64,000 nucleotides of DNA from an uncultured Chloroflexia bacterium (GCA_963837425.1 CAWINH010000006.1:260494-324493); one strand, 5' to 3'; positions 29,269 through 39,424 are shown, numbered from the stretch's first letter. Numbers and translations are program-made. The notes: a model not told the origin generated them from the letters alone.

Positions 29269-29962
29269 CCACCCGAGCGCGCACGACCTGGCTCGAGGGG
29301 ACTCGCTCTTCTCCGCGCGCGCCAAGGACGCGGGCAGGGCCCTGCTCAGCCCGCTCGTCCGCCTCGCCGTTCGGCTCCACCTGACGCCGAACACGGTGAC
29401 CGTCATTGGCTTCGCGATCGTCGTTGGCGCTGCCGTCCTGATCGGCACGGGCAGCCTGCTCGCCGGCAGTGCGGTGCTCGTCGCCGGTTCCGTCCTCGAC
29501 GCGGTGGACGGAGCGCTGGCGCGCGCCACCGGAGGGGTCACGTCGTTCGGCGGCTTCCTCGACTCCACCCTGGACCGCGCCGCGGAGGCGGTCCTCTTCG
29601 CCGGCATTGGCGTGTACTGGCTGAACGCCGCACGCGAGCCGGCGGTGCCGATCCTGCTCGCCTTCGTGGCACTCACCGCTTCGTTCCTGGTGAGCTACAC
29701 CCGCGCCCGCGCCGAGGCGGCCGGCTACGCCGCCGAGGTCGGGATCGCGCCGCGCCCCGAGCGGCTGGTCATCGTGATCGTCGGCATCGCACTCGCCGGG
29801 CTCGGCTTCGAGATCGGGCTCATCGGCGCAATGATCCTGGTGGCCGCACTGGCGGTCGCCACCACCACCCAGCGAATCTGGCACGTCCATCGACAGGCCG
29901 GCCCACAGGGCTCCAGCAGCCCGCTGGGCTCCCCGTCCGATCAGCAGCACAAGGGAGAATGA
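29258..29962 (+). CDS. pgsA: CDP-alcohol phosphatidyltransferase, probable phosphatidylinositol-phosphate synthase
   Basis: [15 protein letters not shown]...[23 protein letters not shown]; adjacent to ino1. Confidence 0.85.
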   Translation: MSASHPSAHDLARGDSLFSARAKDAGRALLSPLVRLAVRLHLTPNTVTVIGFAIVVGAAVLIGTGSLLAGSAVLVAGSVLDAVDGALARATGGVTSFGGFLDSTLDRAAEAVLFAGIGVYWLNAAREPAVPILLAFVALTASFLVSYTRARAEAAGYAAEVGIAPRPERLVIVIVGIALAGLGFEIGLIGAMILVAALAVATTTQRIWHVHRQAGPQGSSSPLGSPSDQQHKGE

Positions 29963-31179
29963 CGAGCGTGGCGAGCGGCAACGGCAAGAGCGCAACGAAC
30001 GGCAAGCGGGCGGGCGACGGCAAGATCCGGGTCGCGATCGTGGGCGTCGGCAACTGTGCGTCCAGCCTGGTGCAGGGTCGCTACTACTACGAGGACGCGA
30101 AGGTAGGCGACTTCGTCCCGGGCCTCATGCACGTGAACCTGGGCGGCTACCACATCCGCGACATCGACTTCGTGGCCGCGTTCGACATCGACCGCACGAA
30201 GGTCGGCAAGGACCTCTCGGAGGCGATCTGGGAGGGCCAGAACAACACGTTCCGCTTCGCCGACGTGCCCCACACCGGCGTGACCGTCGAGCGTGGGATG
30301 ACCCACGACGGGCTCGGCAAGTACCTCAGCCAGGTCATCGAGAAGGCGCCGGGCCCCACCGCCGACATCGTCGGGATCCTCAAGGAGCGCAACGTCGACG
30401 TCGTCGTCTCCTACCTGCCGGTCGGCAGCGAGCAGGCGACGAAGTGGTACGTCGAGCAGGCGCTGCAGGCCGGCGTCGGCTTCGTGAACGCCATCCCGGT
30501 CTTCATCGGCCGTGAGCCGTACTGGCAGCGCCGCTTCGCCGAGCGCGGCCTGCCGGTCATCGGCGACGACATCAAGAGCCAGGTGGGAGCCACGATCACG
30601 CATCGGGTCCTGACTCGCCTGTTCATGGACCGCGGGGTGCGGATCGACCGGACCTACCAGCTGAACTTCGGCGGCAACACCGACTTCCTGAACATGCTCG
30701 AGCGCGAACGGCTCGAGTCGAAGAAGATCAGCAAGACGAACGCGGTGACTTCGATGCTCGACTACGAGCTCGATCCGGACGACATCCACGTGGGGCCGTC
30801 CGACTACGTCCCGTGGCTCAAGGATCGCAAGTGGTGCCACATCCGGATGGAGGGCACGACCTACGGTGACGTGCCGCTCAACGCCGAGCTCAAGCTCGAG
30901 GTCTGGGACTCACCGAACTCCGCCGGGGTCATCACCGATGCGATCCGCTGCCTGAAGCTCGGCCTCGATCGCGGGCTCACCGGGACCCTGGTTGCGCCAT
31001 CCGCCTACTTCATGAAGTCGCCGCCGCTGCAGATCCATGACGACGTCGCGCGCGAGCGGGTGGAGGCCTTCATCCGCGGCGACGACAACGAGACGCTGGT
31101 CGGCACCGAGAAGGGGACCAAGCGCCAGCTTCGAAAGCTGGCGGCGCCCCGCACGAAAGCCGCGGCGGGCTCACGCTGA
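29959..31179 (+). CDS. ino1: myo-inositol-1-phosphate synthase
   Basis: [52 protein letters not shown]. Confidence 0.95.
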   Translation: MTSVASGNGKSATNGKRAGDGKIRVAIVGVGNCASSLVQGRYYYEDAKVGDFVPGLMHVNLGGYHIRDIDFVAAFDIDRTKVGKDLSEAIWEGQNNTFRFADVPHTGVTVERGMTHDGLGKYLSQVIEKAPGPTADIVGILKERNVDVVVSYLPVGSEQATKWYVEQALQAGVGFVNAIPVFIGREPYWQRRFAERGLPVIGDDIKSQVGATITHRVLTRLFMDRGVRIDRTYQLNFGGNTDFLNMLERERLESKKISKTNAVTSMLDYELDPDDIHVGPSDYVPWLKDRKWCHIRMEGTTYGDVPLNAELKLEVWDSPNSAGVITDAIRCLKLGLDRGLTGTLVAPSAYFMKSPPLQIHDDVARERVEAFIRGDDNETLVGTEKGTKRQLRKLAAPRTKAAAGSR

Positions 31180-32168
31180 GCGAGGCGACGACGGGCCTCC
31201 CGGCCCCCGCACCTGACGCCGGTGAGCGGCGGCGGGAGTTCCTCGCCTACGCCGGCTACCGCGCCGCGGAGGCGGTTCTCAACGTCCTGCCCCGCGGGGT
31301 CGTGCTGCCCGCCGGCGCGGCGGTCGGCAACCTCGCGTACGACCTCGCCGGCGACAAGGGGCGCCTCGTCCGCGAGAACCTGGGGCGGGTCATGGGGCTG
31401 CCGCCCGACGATCGACGCGTCGGCAGGGCCGCGCGGCGCGCGTTCCGCAACTACGCGAAATACCTCGCGGAGGTGATGCGCCTCGCGAGCCAGACGCCGG
31501 AGGCCGTCGCCCGGCTCGTCGACATCGAGGACATCAGCCCGCTCTGGGTGGCGCGCGCCCCCGGGAAGGGCGTCCTGCTGTGCACCGCACACGTCGGAGG
31601 CATGGACCTCATCGCCCCGGCCCTCGCCCTCCACGACCAGGAGCTGCACGTCGTGGCCGACGACACGACATACGGGCGGCTCTACGACCACCTCAAGGCG
31701 GTGCGCGCCCGCCACGGCCTGACCCTCATCGGTTGGCGGAACCTGCGCGGGCTCATTCGCGCGCTTCGCGCCGGGGGCAACCTCGTCCTCTTCTGCGACG
31801 GCGGCTATCGGGCCGGAGACGTGCCCGTCGAGTTCATGGGCGAGGCGACGACCTTCCCGGCGGGCCCGGCGACGCTGTCCGCGCGATCCGGAGCGCCCAT
31901 GCTGCCGGTCGCCGCCCAGCGCAGCCGCGGCGACAGATTCGAGGCCCACGGGCTGCCCATGATCCACGCCGCCAGCGACGAGCCGGCGGACCTGTACCGG
32001 GCCACCCAGACCCTCGCGGATGAGCTGGCCAAGGTCATCGCCGCCGATCCAGGGCAGTGGTACATGTTCCGACCGGTCTGGCCCCAGACCGATGAGGAGC
32101 GCGAGCGGGCGCGCGCCGCCCTCGAGGCCGCACGCCGTGGCGAGGACTGGACCCGGATCGCGGGCTGA
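31176..32168 (+). CDS. PatA/LpxL-like lipid acyltransferase 1 (probable CTG start)
   Basis: [15 protein letters not shown] (HX4D), [20 protein letters not shown]; the frame extends back to a CTGA overlap with the ino1 stop. Confidence 0.82.
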   Translation: MSEATTGLPAPAPDAGERRREFLAYAGYRAAEAVLNVLPRGVVLPAGAAVGNLAYDLAGDKGRLVRENLGRVMGLPPDDRRVGRAARRAFRNYAKYLAEVMRLASQTPEAVARLVDIEDISPLWVARAPGKGVLLCTAHVGGMDLIAPALALHDQELHVVADDTTYGRLYDHLKAVRARHGLTLIGWRNLRGLIRALRAGGNLVLFCDGGYRAGDVPVEFMGEATTFPAGPATLSARSGAPMLPVAAQRSRGDRFEAHGLPMIHAASDEPADLYRATQTLADELAKVIAADPGQWYMFRPVWPQTDEERERARAALEAARRGEDWTRIAG

Positions 32169-32171
32169 GCC

Positions 32172-33077
32172 ATGCGAGGGCTGCCGCTCACGATCGTCCT
32201 GCGCGTTGCCGACCTCGTCGTTCGCTCCCTGCCGTCGCGCGCCGCGTACGCGATCGCCGATCTCGGGGGGCGGGCTTGGCATCGGTTCTCGCCGAGGCGC
32301 CGGCGCCTCGTGAGCGAGTCACTGCGCCGCGTCTGCGAGGCGACCGGGCGACCCACCGACGCGCGATCCATGCGGCGGCTCGTGCGTCGCGCCTACGTGG
32401 AGCACGCGCGCTACTACCTCGAGCTGCTCCGCGCGCCCCACTACCCCGCGAGCCGAATCGGCGAGATGGTGGTCGCCGAGGACTGGGAGCACTGGCAGGA
32501 GGTGCTGCGCGGTGGCGCGGTCGTCGCCAGCCTCCACCTCGGCAACTTCGAGCCGTACGGGCGGCTGCTCGCCGCGCACGGCCTCCACGCCGTGGCGCCG
32601 GTCGAGGAGATCGAGCCGAAGGCCCTCTTCGAGTTCATCCTCTCGCGTCGGGCGGGCGGGGCCCCTGAGAGCGAGATCGAGCTCGTCCCCCTTTCCCGGA
32701 GCCGGCGACGGATGATTGAAACGCTGCGTGCCGGCGGGGTCGCGGCGCTCATCGCCGATCGCGACCTTGCCGGCGACGGAATCGACGTGTCGATCTTCGG
32801 CCATCCCGCGACGCTGCCCGCAGGCCCGGCGGCGCTGGCCCTGATGACCGGCCGGCCGCTGCTGGCCGCCGCCTGCTTCCGCATCGGCCCGGATCGATTC
32901 CGCGGGCAGGCCTGGCCAATCGAGGTTGAGCGCACGGGCGACCGACGGGCCGATACCGAGGCGCTGACCCGCGAGCTGGCGCGTCACTACGAGGCGGCGA
33001 TCGCATCGGCGCCCGAGCAGTGGTGGGGCGCCTTTCAGCCGTATTGGGGTGACCAGCGCGCGGCGGCGGACTCATGA
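32172..33077 (+). CDS. PatA/LpxL-like lipid acyltransferase 2
   Basis: LHLGNFE (HX4E), ADRDL, LPAGPAALA, PEQWWGAFQPYW. Confidence 0.85.
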   Translation: MRGLPLTIVLRVADLVVRSLPSRAAYAIADLGGRAWHRFSPRRRRLVSESLRRVCEATGRPTDARSMRRLVRRAYVEHARYYLELLRAPHYPASRIGEMVVAEDWEHWQEVLRGGAVVASLHLGNFEPYGRLLAAHGLHAVAPVEEIEPKALFEFILSRRAGGAPESEIELVPLSRSRRRMIETLRAGGVAALIADRDLAGDGIDVSIFGHPATLPAGPAALALMTGRPLLAAACFRIGPDRFRGQAWPIEVERTGDRRADTEALTRELARHYEAAIASAPEQWWGAFQPYWGDQRAAADS

Positions 33078-33841
33078 GCGGAAACACCGGGGTACGCAGG
33101 CCGCGGGGTGGTGGCGATCGCGGCAAGGCGGACATGCATCTCCACACGCTCTACTCGGACGGCACGGTCGGGATCCTCGACCTGCTCGAGCACGTCGAGC
33201 GCGCGACCGACCTCGACCTCGTGGCGATCACCGACCACGAGCGGATCGACGGGGCACGCCGCGCGCGGGAGATCCATGCGGCGGGCGAATACTCGTTCGA
33301 GCTGGTGGTCGGCGAGGAGATCACGACGCGGCGGGGCCACCTCCTGGCGCTCTTCCTCCGCGAACGGGTGCCCGCCCTGCGCCCGCTCACCGAGACGCTG
33401 GAGCGGATCCATGACCAGGGCGGCCTGGCGATCGCCGCACACCCGATGGCGCCGCTCACCCCGAGCCTCGGCCGGCGCAGCCTCCTGAAGCTCCACGAGG
33501 CGGCCGACCCTCGCCATCATCTCGACGGGATCGAGGTGCTGAACCCGAGCGCCGCGGGCCGCACGCGACGAGTGGCCCGCCGCCAGCTCAACGACACGCT
33601 GCTCCACCTGCCCGGCGTCGGCAACAGCGACTCTCATGTCCTCGAGCACGTTGGATCGGCGTGGACCTGGTTCCGCGGGTTGAGCGCCGCCGACTACCGT
33701 GCCGCGCTGCTCGCGCACGAGGTCGCGGCGGACGGCGAGCACTGGAGCCATTGGCACAACGTCACGGTTTACGGCCGGCAGCTGGTCGCCAAGGCGCGCC
33801 ACCTGCGGCATACTCTCCGTCCCACGGGAGAGTGGCGATGA
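33074..33841 (+). CDS. PHP-domain metallophosphoesterase
   Basis: ADMHLHTLYSDG, AITDH, GEEI, GH, AAHP, GNSDSH. Confidence 0.88.
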   Translation: MSGNTGVRRPRGGGDRGKADMHLHTLYSDGTVGILDLLEHVERATDLDLVAITDHERIDGARRAREIHAAGEYSFELVVGEEITTRRGHLLALFLRERVPALRPLTETLERIHDQGGLAIAAHPMAPLTPSLGRRSLLKLHEAADPRHHLDGIEVLNPSAAGRTRRVARRQLNDTLLHLPGVGNSDSHVLEHVGSAWTWFRGLSAADYRAALLAHEVAADGEHWSHWHNVTVYGRQLVAKARHLRHTLRPTGEWR

Positions 33842-35052
33842 CTCAGACCCAGGCCAGGCCGCGCAGCAACGGCGTGCCGGACGCGTCCGTCCAGCCGCCG
33901 CCCGCGCGTGGGCGCCTCAAGGTTGGGATCGTGAGCCCGTATGGGTACCCACACCCCGGCGGCGTGAACGAGCACGTGCGCTACACGTACGAGGCCATGC
34001 GCCGGATGGGCCACGACGTGTGGATCATCACCAGCAGGTACGGCAAGGAGCGTGAGAACGAGGGGCACATCATCCGCCTCGGGACCGGGTATGCGTTCCC
34101 CGCGAACGGCTCCATGGGCCGCGTCACCCTCAGCTGGCGCTTCAAGCAGCGCGCGCGCGAGCTGCTGGCGGAGCATCGGTTCGACGTCCTGCACTTCCAC
34201 GAGCCGCTCGTCCCGTTCCTTTCGCCGACGGTCCTCGACCAGTCGGACACCGTGAACATCGCGACCTTCCACGCGTTCGGCGGATTCAGTCCCTCGTACT
34301 GGGTCGGGAGGCGCTTCGCCGGGCAGCTCGCGAGCCAGCTCCACGGCCGGATCGCGGTGAGCAGCGCCGCCCGCCATTTCATCAGCCGCTACTTTCCGGG
34401 CGAGTACCAGATCATTCCGAACGGCGTCGACCTCGAACGGTTCACGGACGCCGACCCGTTCGAGGAGCTGCGGGACGGGACGATCAACATCCTGTTCGTG
34501 GGCCGCTTCGAGGAGCGCAAGGGCCTGATCCACCTGCTCAAGGCCTACCACCGGCTCCGAAAGCGTCACGTGGATGCCCGGCTGCTGGTCGTGGGCACCG
34601 GTCCCAAGGCGCGCGAGTACCGCCGCTTCGTTGGGCTGCGCAAGATCCGTGACGTCGAGTGGCTGGGGCCGGTCTCCGACGACGACAAGGCGCGCTACTT
34701 CGCCAGCGCCGACATCTTCTGCTCCCCGGCCACCGGCCAGGAGAGCTTCGGGATCGTGCTGCTCGAGGCCATGGCCGCGGGGGTGCCGATCGTCGCAAGC
34801 GACATCCACGGCTACAAGAACGTCCTGCAGCGCGGCGTCCAGGGGCTCCTCGTGGAGCCGCGCAACCAGCGTGCGCTGGCCGCGGCGCTCTACGCCATGG
34901 CCCAGGATCCGGAGCTCCGCAACCGGATGGGCGAGGCCGGCCGCCTCCGCGCACCCGAGTTCAGCTGGGACCGGGTGACGGAGCGGATCGTGGACTTCTA
35001 CTACGAGGTCCGCGAGCGGGCGCTCGCCTCCGGCACCGTCGCCCCCCGCTGA
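33838..35052 (+). CDS. pimA: GT4 glycosyltransferase, PimA-like phosphatidylinositol alpha-mannosyltransferase
   Basis: VGIVSPY..PGGVNEHV, PANGS, FDVLHFHEP, ATFH, IAVS, IPNGVD, ESFGIVLLEAMAAG. Confidence 0.8.
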   Translation: MTQTQARPRSNGVPDASVQPPPARGRLKVGIVSPYGYPHPGGVNEHVRYTYEAMRRMGHDVWIITSRYGKERENEGHIIRLGTGYAFPANGSMGRVTLSWRFKQRARELLAEHRFDVLHFHEPLVPFLSPTVLDQSDTVNIATFHAFGGFSPSYWVGRRFAGQLASQLHGRIAVSSAARHFISRYFPGEYQIIPNGVDLERFTDADPFEELRDGTINILFVGRFEERKGLIHLLKAYHRLRKRHVDARLLVVGTGPKAREYRRFVGLRKIRDVEWLGPVSDDDKARYFASADIFCSPATGQESFGIVLLEAMAAGVPIVASDIHGYKNVLQRGVQGLLVEPRNQRALAAALYAMAQDPELRNRMGEAGRLRAPEFSWDRVTERIVDFYYEVRERALASGTVAPR

Positions 35053-35064
35053 GGCCACGGACTG

Positions 35065-35141
35065 GCGCCGCCGAGGATGCGCCGCCGAGGTGCGCCGCCG
35101 AGGTGCGCCGCCGAGCGGGGGGCCGACTGGGCGCCGCCGAG
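35065..35141. repeat. short tandem repeat, 5 x GCGCCGCCGAG
   Basis: Copies at 35065, 35079, 35092, 35105 and 35131 in the convergent intergenic region. Confidence 0.8.
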
Positions 35142-35350
35142 CGGGCGCCGACTGTCCAAGCGCGCCTGGTGTGCACGCTATCCCAGCCGATGAGCCGCCG
35201 GCGCGGTCCCTGGGCCCACGATCGAGCGTGAAATGGAGGCGCTCGGCGCCGCCAGACCCTGCGCGACCCGGATAGCGCTCCTCACCTGAGCGGTTGAGCC
35301 TTCGGACCCGCTCGACACGTCAACCGCGTGCCTGGTGAGCGCCAGGGGGC

Positions 35351-36346
35351 TCAGCCCAGCGGCTTGCGGTAGGCCTGGGAGCGCAGGTCCACGACGAACC
35401 CGCTCCGCTCGTAGACGCCCACCGCGCCGGTCGGGTTGTCGGCGTCGACGCCGAGCCCGGCGCTCGTCAACCCGCGAGCGCGGAAGACCTCGAGCGAGCG
35501 CAGGACGAGCGCCTTCGCGAGCCCCCGACGTCGCCAGGGACGCCGGACGAAGACGCTCGCCAGCCACCCCCGGCTCCGATGAAACGCCTCGTTCTCCGCA
35601 GCGTTGATCTCGTTGATCACCGCCCCCGCGATCTCGTCACCGTCCCAGGCCACGACGAAGAGCGTCGGGTCGAAGTACGGGCCGGTGCGCCACTGTTCAT
35701 AACGGGCCTCCGAGCGGTCGAAGCCGCCCCAGTGATCCTCGAAGGCCTCGAGGTCCGCATCCCACAGCCGATGGAGGGCGGCGTCGGTGACCGGGCGCAG
35801 CTCGATGCCCGCCGGCAGGCTGGGCGCCTCGATCTCATCGAGGCTCGGTCGCAGCATGTCGTAGAAGGCGCGGACGCTCCGGTAGCCCGCCGCATGGAGC
35901 ATCTTGACCCGCCCCACGGACCGATCCGGGGCCCAGGCGCCGAGCACCTTCGTATGCGCGGTCTCATGCGACTCGGCCAGTGCGCGGATCAACTCCTCGT
36001 TGTGGTCAAGGATCCAGCGCCCGATGCCGCGCCGCTGCCACTCGGGGTCGACCGCGCCGCCGTTTCGGTACTCCCGCAGCCCGTCGGTGGTGTCGACCCA
36101 CTCGATCTCCCCGTAGCCGACCGCGCTGCCGTCGGCCTCGACGAGCGTGACGTCCCGCTCCGCGGTGAAGCTGTCGCTCGCATTCGACATCCACGACTCG
36201 ACTTCGGCCGTTGCGACTCGCCAGTCGACGCCGTCGGCATCGTGGGCAAGGTTCGTGAGGCGGGCGATCGCCGCGGCGTCGCCGGGCCGGTACGGACGCG
36301 CGATGAGGCCGCCGAGCGGCAGCCCGGCGAGCGGCAGCCCGGTCAT
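35351..36346 (-). CDS. tandem-domain GNAT acetyltransferase (MshD-like fold)
   Basis: VDPEWQRRGIG and VRRPWRRRGLA acetyl-CoA motifs; AFEDHWG; LGVDADNPTGA. Confidence 0.85.
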   Translation of the reverse strand: MTGLPLAGLPLGGLIARPYRPGDAAAIARLTNLAHDADGVDWRVATAEVESWMSNASDSFTAERDVTLVEADGSAVGYGEIEWVDTTDGLREYRNGGAVDPEWQRRGIGRWILDHNEELIRALAESHETAHTKVLGAWAPDRSVGRVKMLHAAGYRSVRAFYDMLRPSLDEIEAPSLPAGIELRPVTDAALHRLWDADLEAFEDHWGGFDRSEARYEQWRTGPYFDPTLFVVAWDGDEIAGAVINEINAAENEAFHRSRGWLASVFVRRPWRRRGLAKALVLRSLEVFRARGLTSAGLGVDADNPTGAVGVYERSGFVVDLRSQAYRKPLG

Positions 36347-37365
36347 TTGCTCAGCTCCATGGGCTTGCGGTAGGCCGTCCCCCGCCCGGCCACCGCGAAG
36401 CCGGCGCGCTCGTAGAGGCGCAGCGCGCCATTCGGGTTGTCGGCGTCGACCCCCAGCCAGGCGCTCGTCATGCCACGGTCGCGGAGCAGCTGGAGCGAGC
36501 GGGCCACGAGCGCCGCACCGAGGCCGCGGCCGCGCCACCGACGGCGCACGAAGACACTGTCCAGCAGGCCGCGCGCGCGTCCCAGCTCCGCGTTCTCCTC
36601 CTCGCTGATGACGTTCTTCACCCCGCCCGCGACCTCGTCGCCGTCCCAGGCGACGACGAGCAGCTCGGGGACGAGCTCGGGGTCCGAGACCCATTCCTCG
36701 AACGCCTCGTCGGAGGCGTCGACGCCGCCCCAGTGATCGCGGAAGGCCTCGGCATCGGCGTCGAAGACCTTGCGCAGACCGTCGCGCCCGGAGGCGGCCC
36801 GGAACTCGATGCCAGCCGGCAGCTCCGGAACGCCGATGTCCTCCAGCGTGGGCCGAACCATCTCGAAGAACCAGCGCACGGGCGCGTAGCCCGATCCGGT
36901 CAGCAGGGCTACCGCGCCCAATCGGCTGTCCTGCACGAACGAACCGAGCTCCCGCGGCCGATCCGTGTCGTGAGAGTCTGCCAGGCGGCGGAGCCGCGCC
37001 TCGTTGTACGCGAGCATCGCGGTTCCCACGCCTTTTCTGCGCCACGCGGGGTGTACGTGCCCGCGGGTGACGTAGGCGCGGACACCGTCAGTGCTGTCCA
37101 TCCAGAACGACCAGCCGTACCCGACCACCCGGCGCCCGACCTCGGCCACCACGACATCCTGCGCCGGATCGAACCCGGGAGTCGCGTGCTCGAGCCAATG
37201 GGCGAGCCACGCGCGGGAGATGCGCTCGTCCACGCCATCAGCCCGGCTGCCCTCGTTGTACGCGGCCAGCATCCCGTCCAGGTCCCCCTCGCCCCGGGTT
37301 GGGCGCAGGCGGAGGTCGAGGGCCTGCCCGCCCGCGCGCCGGCTCCGTATCGGTCTGGCGGCCAT
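36343..37365 (-). CDS. tandem-domain GNAT acetyltransferase, paralog of the downstream gene
   Basis: VHPAWRRKGVG, AFRDHWG, VRRRWRGRGLG, LGVDADNPNGA. Confidence 0.85.
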   Translation of the reverse strand: MAARPIRSRRAGGQALDLRLRPTRGEGDLDGMLAAYNEGSRADGVDERISRAWLAHWLEHATPGFDPAQDVVVAEVGRRVVGYGWSFWMDSTDGVRAYVTRGHVHPAWRRKGVGTAMLAYNEARLRRLADSHDTDRPRELGSFVQDSRLGAVALLTGSGYAPVRWFFEMVRPTLEDIGVPELPAGIEFRAASGRDGLRKVFDADAEAFRDHWGGVDASDEAFEEWVSDPELVPELLVVAWDGDEVAGGVKNVISEEENAELGRARGLLDSVFVRRRWRGRGLGAALVARSLQLLRDRGMTSAWLGVDADNPNGALRLYERAGFAVAGRGTAYRKPMELSK

Positions 37366-37367
37366 CG

Positions 37368-38168
37368 CTACCCCACCCGCTTCAGCTTGCCGGTCCGCTT
37401 CGCGTAGCGCTCGGCGCGACCGAATGCCCAGAGGCCCAGCGGGATCAGGACCACGCCCATGATCAGCAGCGGCCAGACATCGGCCAGCAGGGACCCGACG
37501 CCCGCCCCCTCGATGAGGCCGGCGCGCACCCCGTCGAGGACGTACGTCGCCGGGCTGAAGGCGCTGACCGCCTGCATCCAGCCGGGCAGGACGTCCACGC
37601 TGTAGTACACGCCCGACACGAGAAGCAGCACGGACTGGATGACGAACACCATCTGCGCGCCGCGCTCGACGTAAATGAGGGGCAGGATGCTGGCCGCGAT
37701 CCCGATCCCGGCGAAGCTCACCGTTCCGAGCAGCGTGAACGCGGCCGCGGTCGCGAAGTTCGCGCCGGACAGGTTCAGCTCGAAGAACAGGGAGAGCACC
37801 ACGAGGACGAACACGGTGTGCACCAGCCCGAAGACGACTGCGTAGGCGGCGGCGCCGAGCAGCTGCGCATAGCGCCGCACGGGCGCCATGAACGTGTACT
37901 CCAGCGTCCCCTCCCAGCGCTCCCACTGGACCGCCTCCGCAATGAATTCGAAGACGATCGAGAGGTAGCTCCAGAAGATGGCGCCGATGACGAGCGTGAG
38001 CAGCAGCCGGTCGTTTCCCTCCGCGCGGCCGATGAGGCTCACCGCCAGGGCGCCCGCCACGGAGTAGATGAGCCAGGCCAGCTCCCAGCCCCAGTATCGC
38101 TTTGTGAGATTGAAGTTCCGCTCCACGAAGGCGTACGAGGCCCTCAGCTCGCGGGTCAGTAGCGCCAT
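37368..38168 (-). CDS. ABC-2 exporter permease
   Basis: WERWEGTLEYTFMAPV, SGVYYSVDVLPGWMQ, SPATY. Confidence 0.88.
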   Translation of the reverse strand: MALLTRELRASYAFVERNFNLTKRYWGWELAWLIYSVAGALAVSLIGRAEGNDRLLLTLVIGAIFWSYLSIVFEFIAEAVQWERWEGTLEYTFMAPVRRYAQLLGAAAYAVVFGLVHTVFVLVVLSLFFELNLSGANFATAAAFTLLGTVSFAGIGIAASILPLIYVERGAQMVFVIQSVLLLVSGVYYSVDVLPGWMQAVSAFSPATYVLDGVRAGLIEGAGVGSLLADVWPLLIMGVVLIPLGLWAFGRAERYAKRTGKLKRVG

Positions 38169-38174
38169 GTCAGT

Positions 38175-39104
38175 TCACTCCTCGCCGTTGGCTTCCTCGT
38201 CGATGTCGTCGTCCAGGGATCGGCCGGTGAAGGTCATGAACACGCTGTTCATGGTCGGTGCCAGCCCGTGGCGCTCGGCCATCAGCGACTTCAGCGCGGC
38301 CGGCGTGTCGTCCGCCACGATCCGGCCGTCGTTGATCAGCGCGATCCGATCGCAGAGCCGATCCGCCTCGTCGAGGTCGTGCGTGGTCAGCACGATCGTC
38401 GCGTCTTGCGTGTCGCGCAGCTCCTCGATAAAGGCCTGGACGTCCAGCTTCGAGCGCGGGTCGAGACCGGTGGTCGGCTCGTCGAGCAGCATCAGCACCG
38501 GGCTCGTCAGCAGCGCGCGCGCAATGGCCACCTTCTGCTGCATGCCGCGGCTCATCTGCTCCACGGGTCGCCCCAGGCGCTTCTCGCCAATGCCCAGCCG
38601 CGCGCAGATCCGGATCGCATCGGCCCTCGCCTGGCGGGCATCCATCCCGTACAGGCGTGCCGCGTAGATCAGGTTCTCGTGCGGGCTGAGCTTCTTGAAG
38701 AAGGCCGCGTCCACGCTCACCCGGTTGATGAGCTGCTTGACGGCCATCTCGTCGCGCTCCACGTCGCGGCCGAAGACCTCGACCCGCCCGGCGTCGATGG
38801 TGAGCAGCGTGCTCACCAGCCGGATCAGCGTCGACTTGCCGCTGCCGTTGGCGCCCAGGATCCCCTGGATCTCGCCGCGCTCGATGCGCATCGAGATGTC
38901 GTTCACGGCAAGGACCGGCTTCTTGTTGCGGCCCATGCCGAATCGCTTCGTCACGTGGTCGATGAGCAGCGCGGGGACCGACCTGTCGCGCGTCGCCGAA
39001 GCGATCGCCGAAGTCGACTCCGGTCGCTGCTCGAGCGCCGGATGGCTCTTCACTTGTTCGGCGATGCCGGTCATGTCGTCTTCCTCGTCTGGGTGGTCTG
39101 CCAT
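38175..39104 (-). CDS. ABC exporter ATP-binding protein
   Basis: GANGSGKST, MSRGMQQK, LLDEPTTGLD, LTTH. Confidence 0.92.
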   Translation of the reverse strand: MADHPDEEDDMTGIAEQVKSHPALEQRPESTSAIASATRDRSVPALLIDHVTKRFGMGRNKKPVLAVNDISMRIERGEIQGILGANGSGKSTLIRLVSTLLTIDAGRVEVFGRDVERDEMAVKQLINRVSVDAAFFKKLSPHENLIYAARLYGMDARQARADAIRICARLGIGEKRLGRPVEQMSRGMQQKVAIARALLTSPVLMLLDEPTTGLDPRSKLDVQAFIEELRDTQDATIVLTTHDLDEADRLCDRIALINDGRIVADDTPAALKSLMAERHGLAPTMNSVFMTFTGRSLDDDIDEEANGEE

Positions 39105-39184
39105 GTCATCTCCCGCGCGACACGGAACGAGCCGCGGGCTCCTCGTGGGTCCGCGGCTCGTGGGATGCCCCTGCGCGAGGCATC

Positions 39185-39215
39185 AAAAAACCGTGGACCC
39201 GATCCGGCCCACGGT
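39185..39215 (-). terminator. intrinsic terminator in the ABC operon leader
   Basis: Minus strand ACCGTGGGCC-loop-GGTCCACGGT followed by a U run, about 80 nt upstream of the ATPase start. Confidence 0.75.
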
Positions 39216-39253
39216 CGTGGTGGTCGTCTGGCGGCATTGCCGCCGTTCGTTCC

Positions 39254-39343
39254 TCACGAAATGGGCACAGATCTCCCGTCAACAGCACCGACGGGCGGTG
39301 CGATCGTGTAGCGCACGAAGCGAGCGCTCCTCATGAGATCCAT
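39254..39343 (-). CDS. putative 29-aa leader peptide MDLMRSARFVRYTIAPPVGAVDGRSVPIS
   Basis: Read by hand; preceded by GAGGAAG; lies between the promoter and the terminator. Confidence 0.5.
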   Translation of the reverse strand: MDLMRSARFVRYTIAPPVGAVDGRSVPIS

Positions 39344-39424
39344 TGCCTGAATCGCTTCCTCGTTGCTCGTTGAATGGCCGGACGGCACACGGATACCCGC
39401 GATGGATATTCGGGCCGCCGCGGG

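Noticed and set aside
35065-35141. Possible CRISPR array
   Set aside because: The repeat unit is 11 bp with mostly 2-3 bp gaps, there are no unique spacers and no cas genes.
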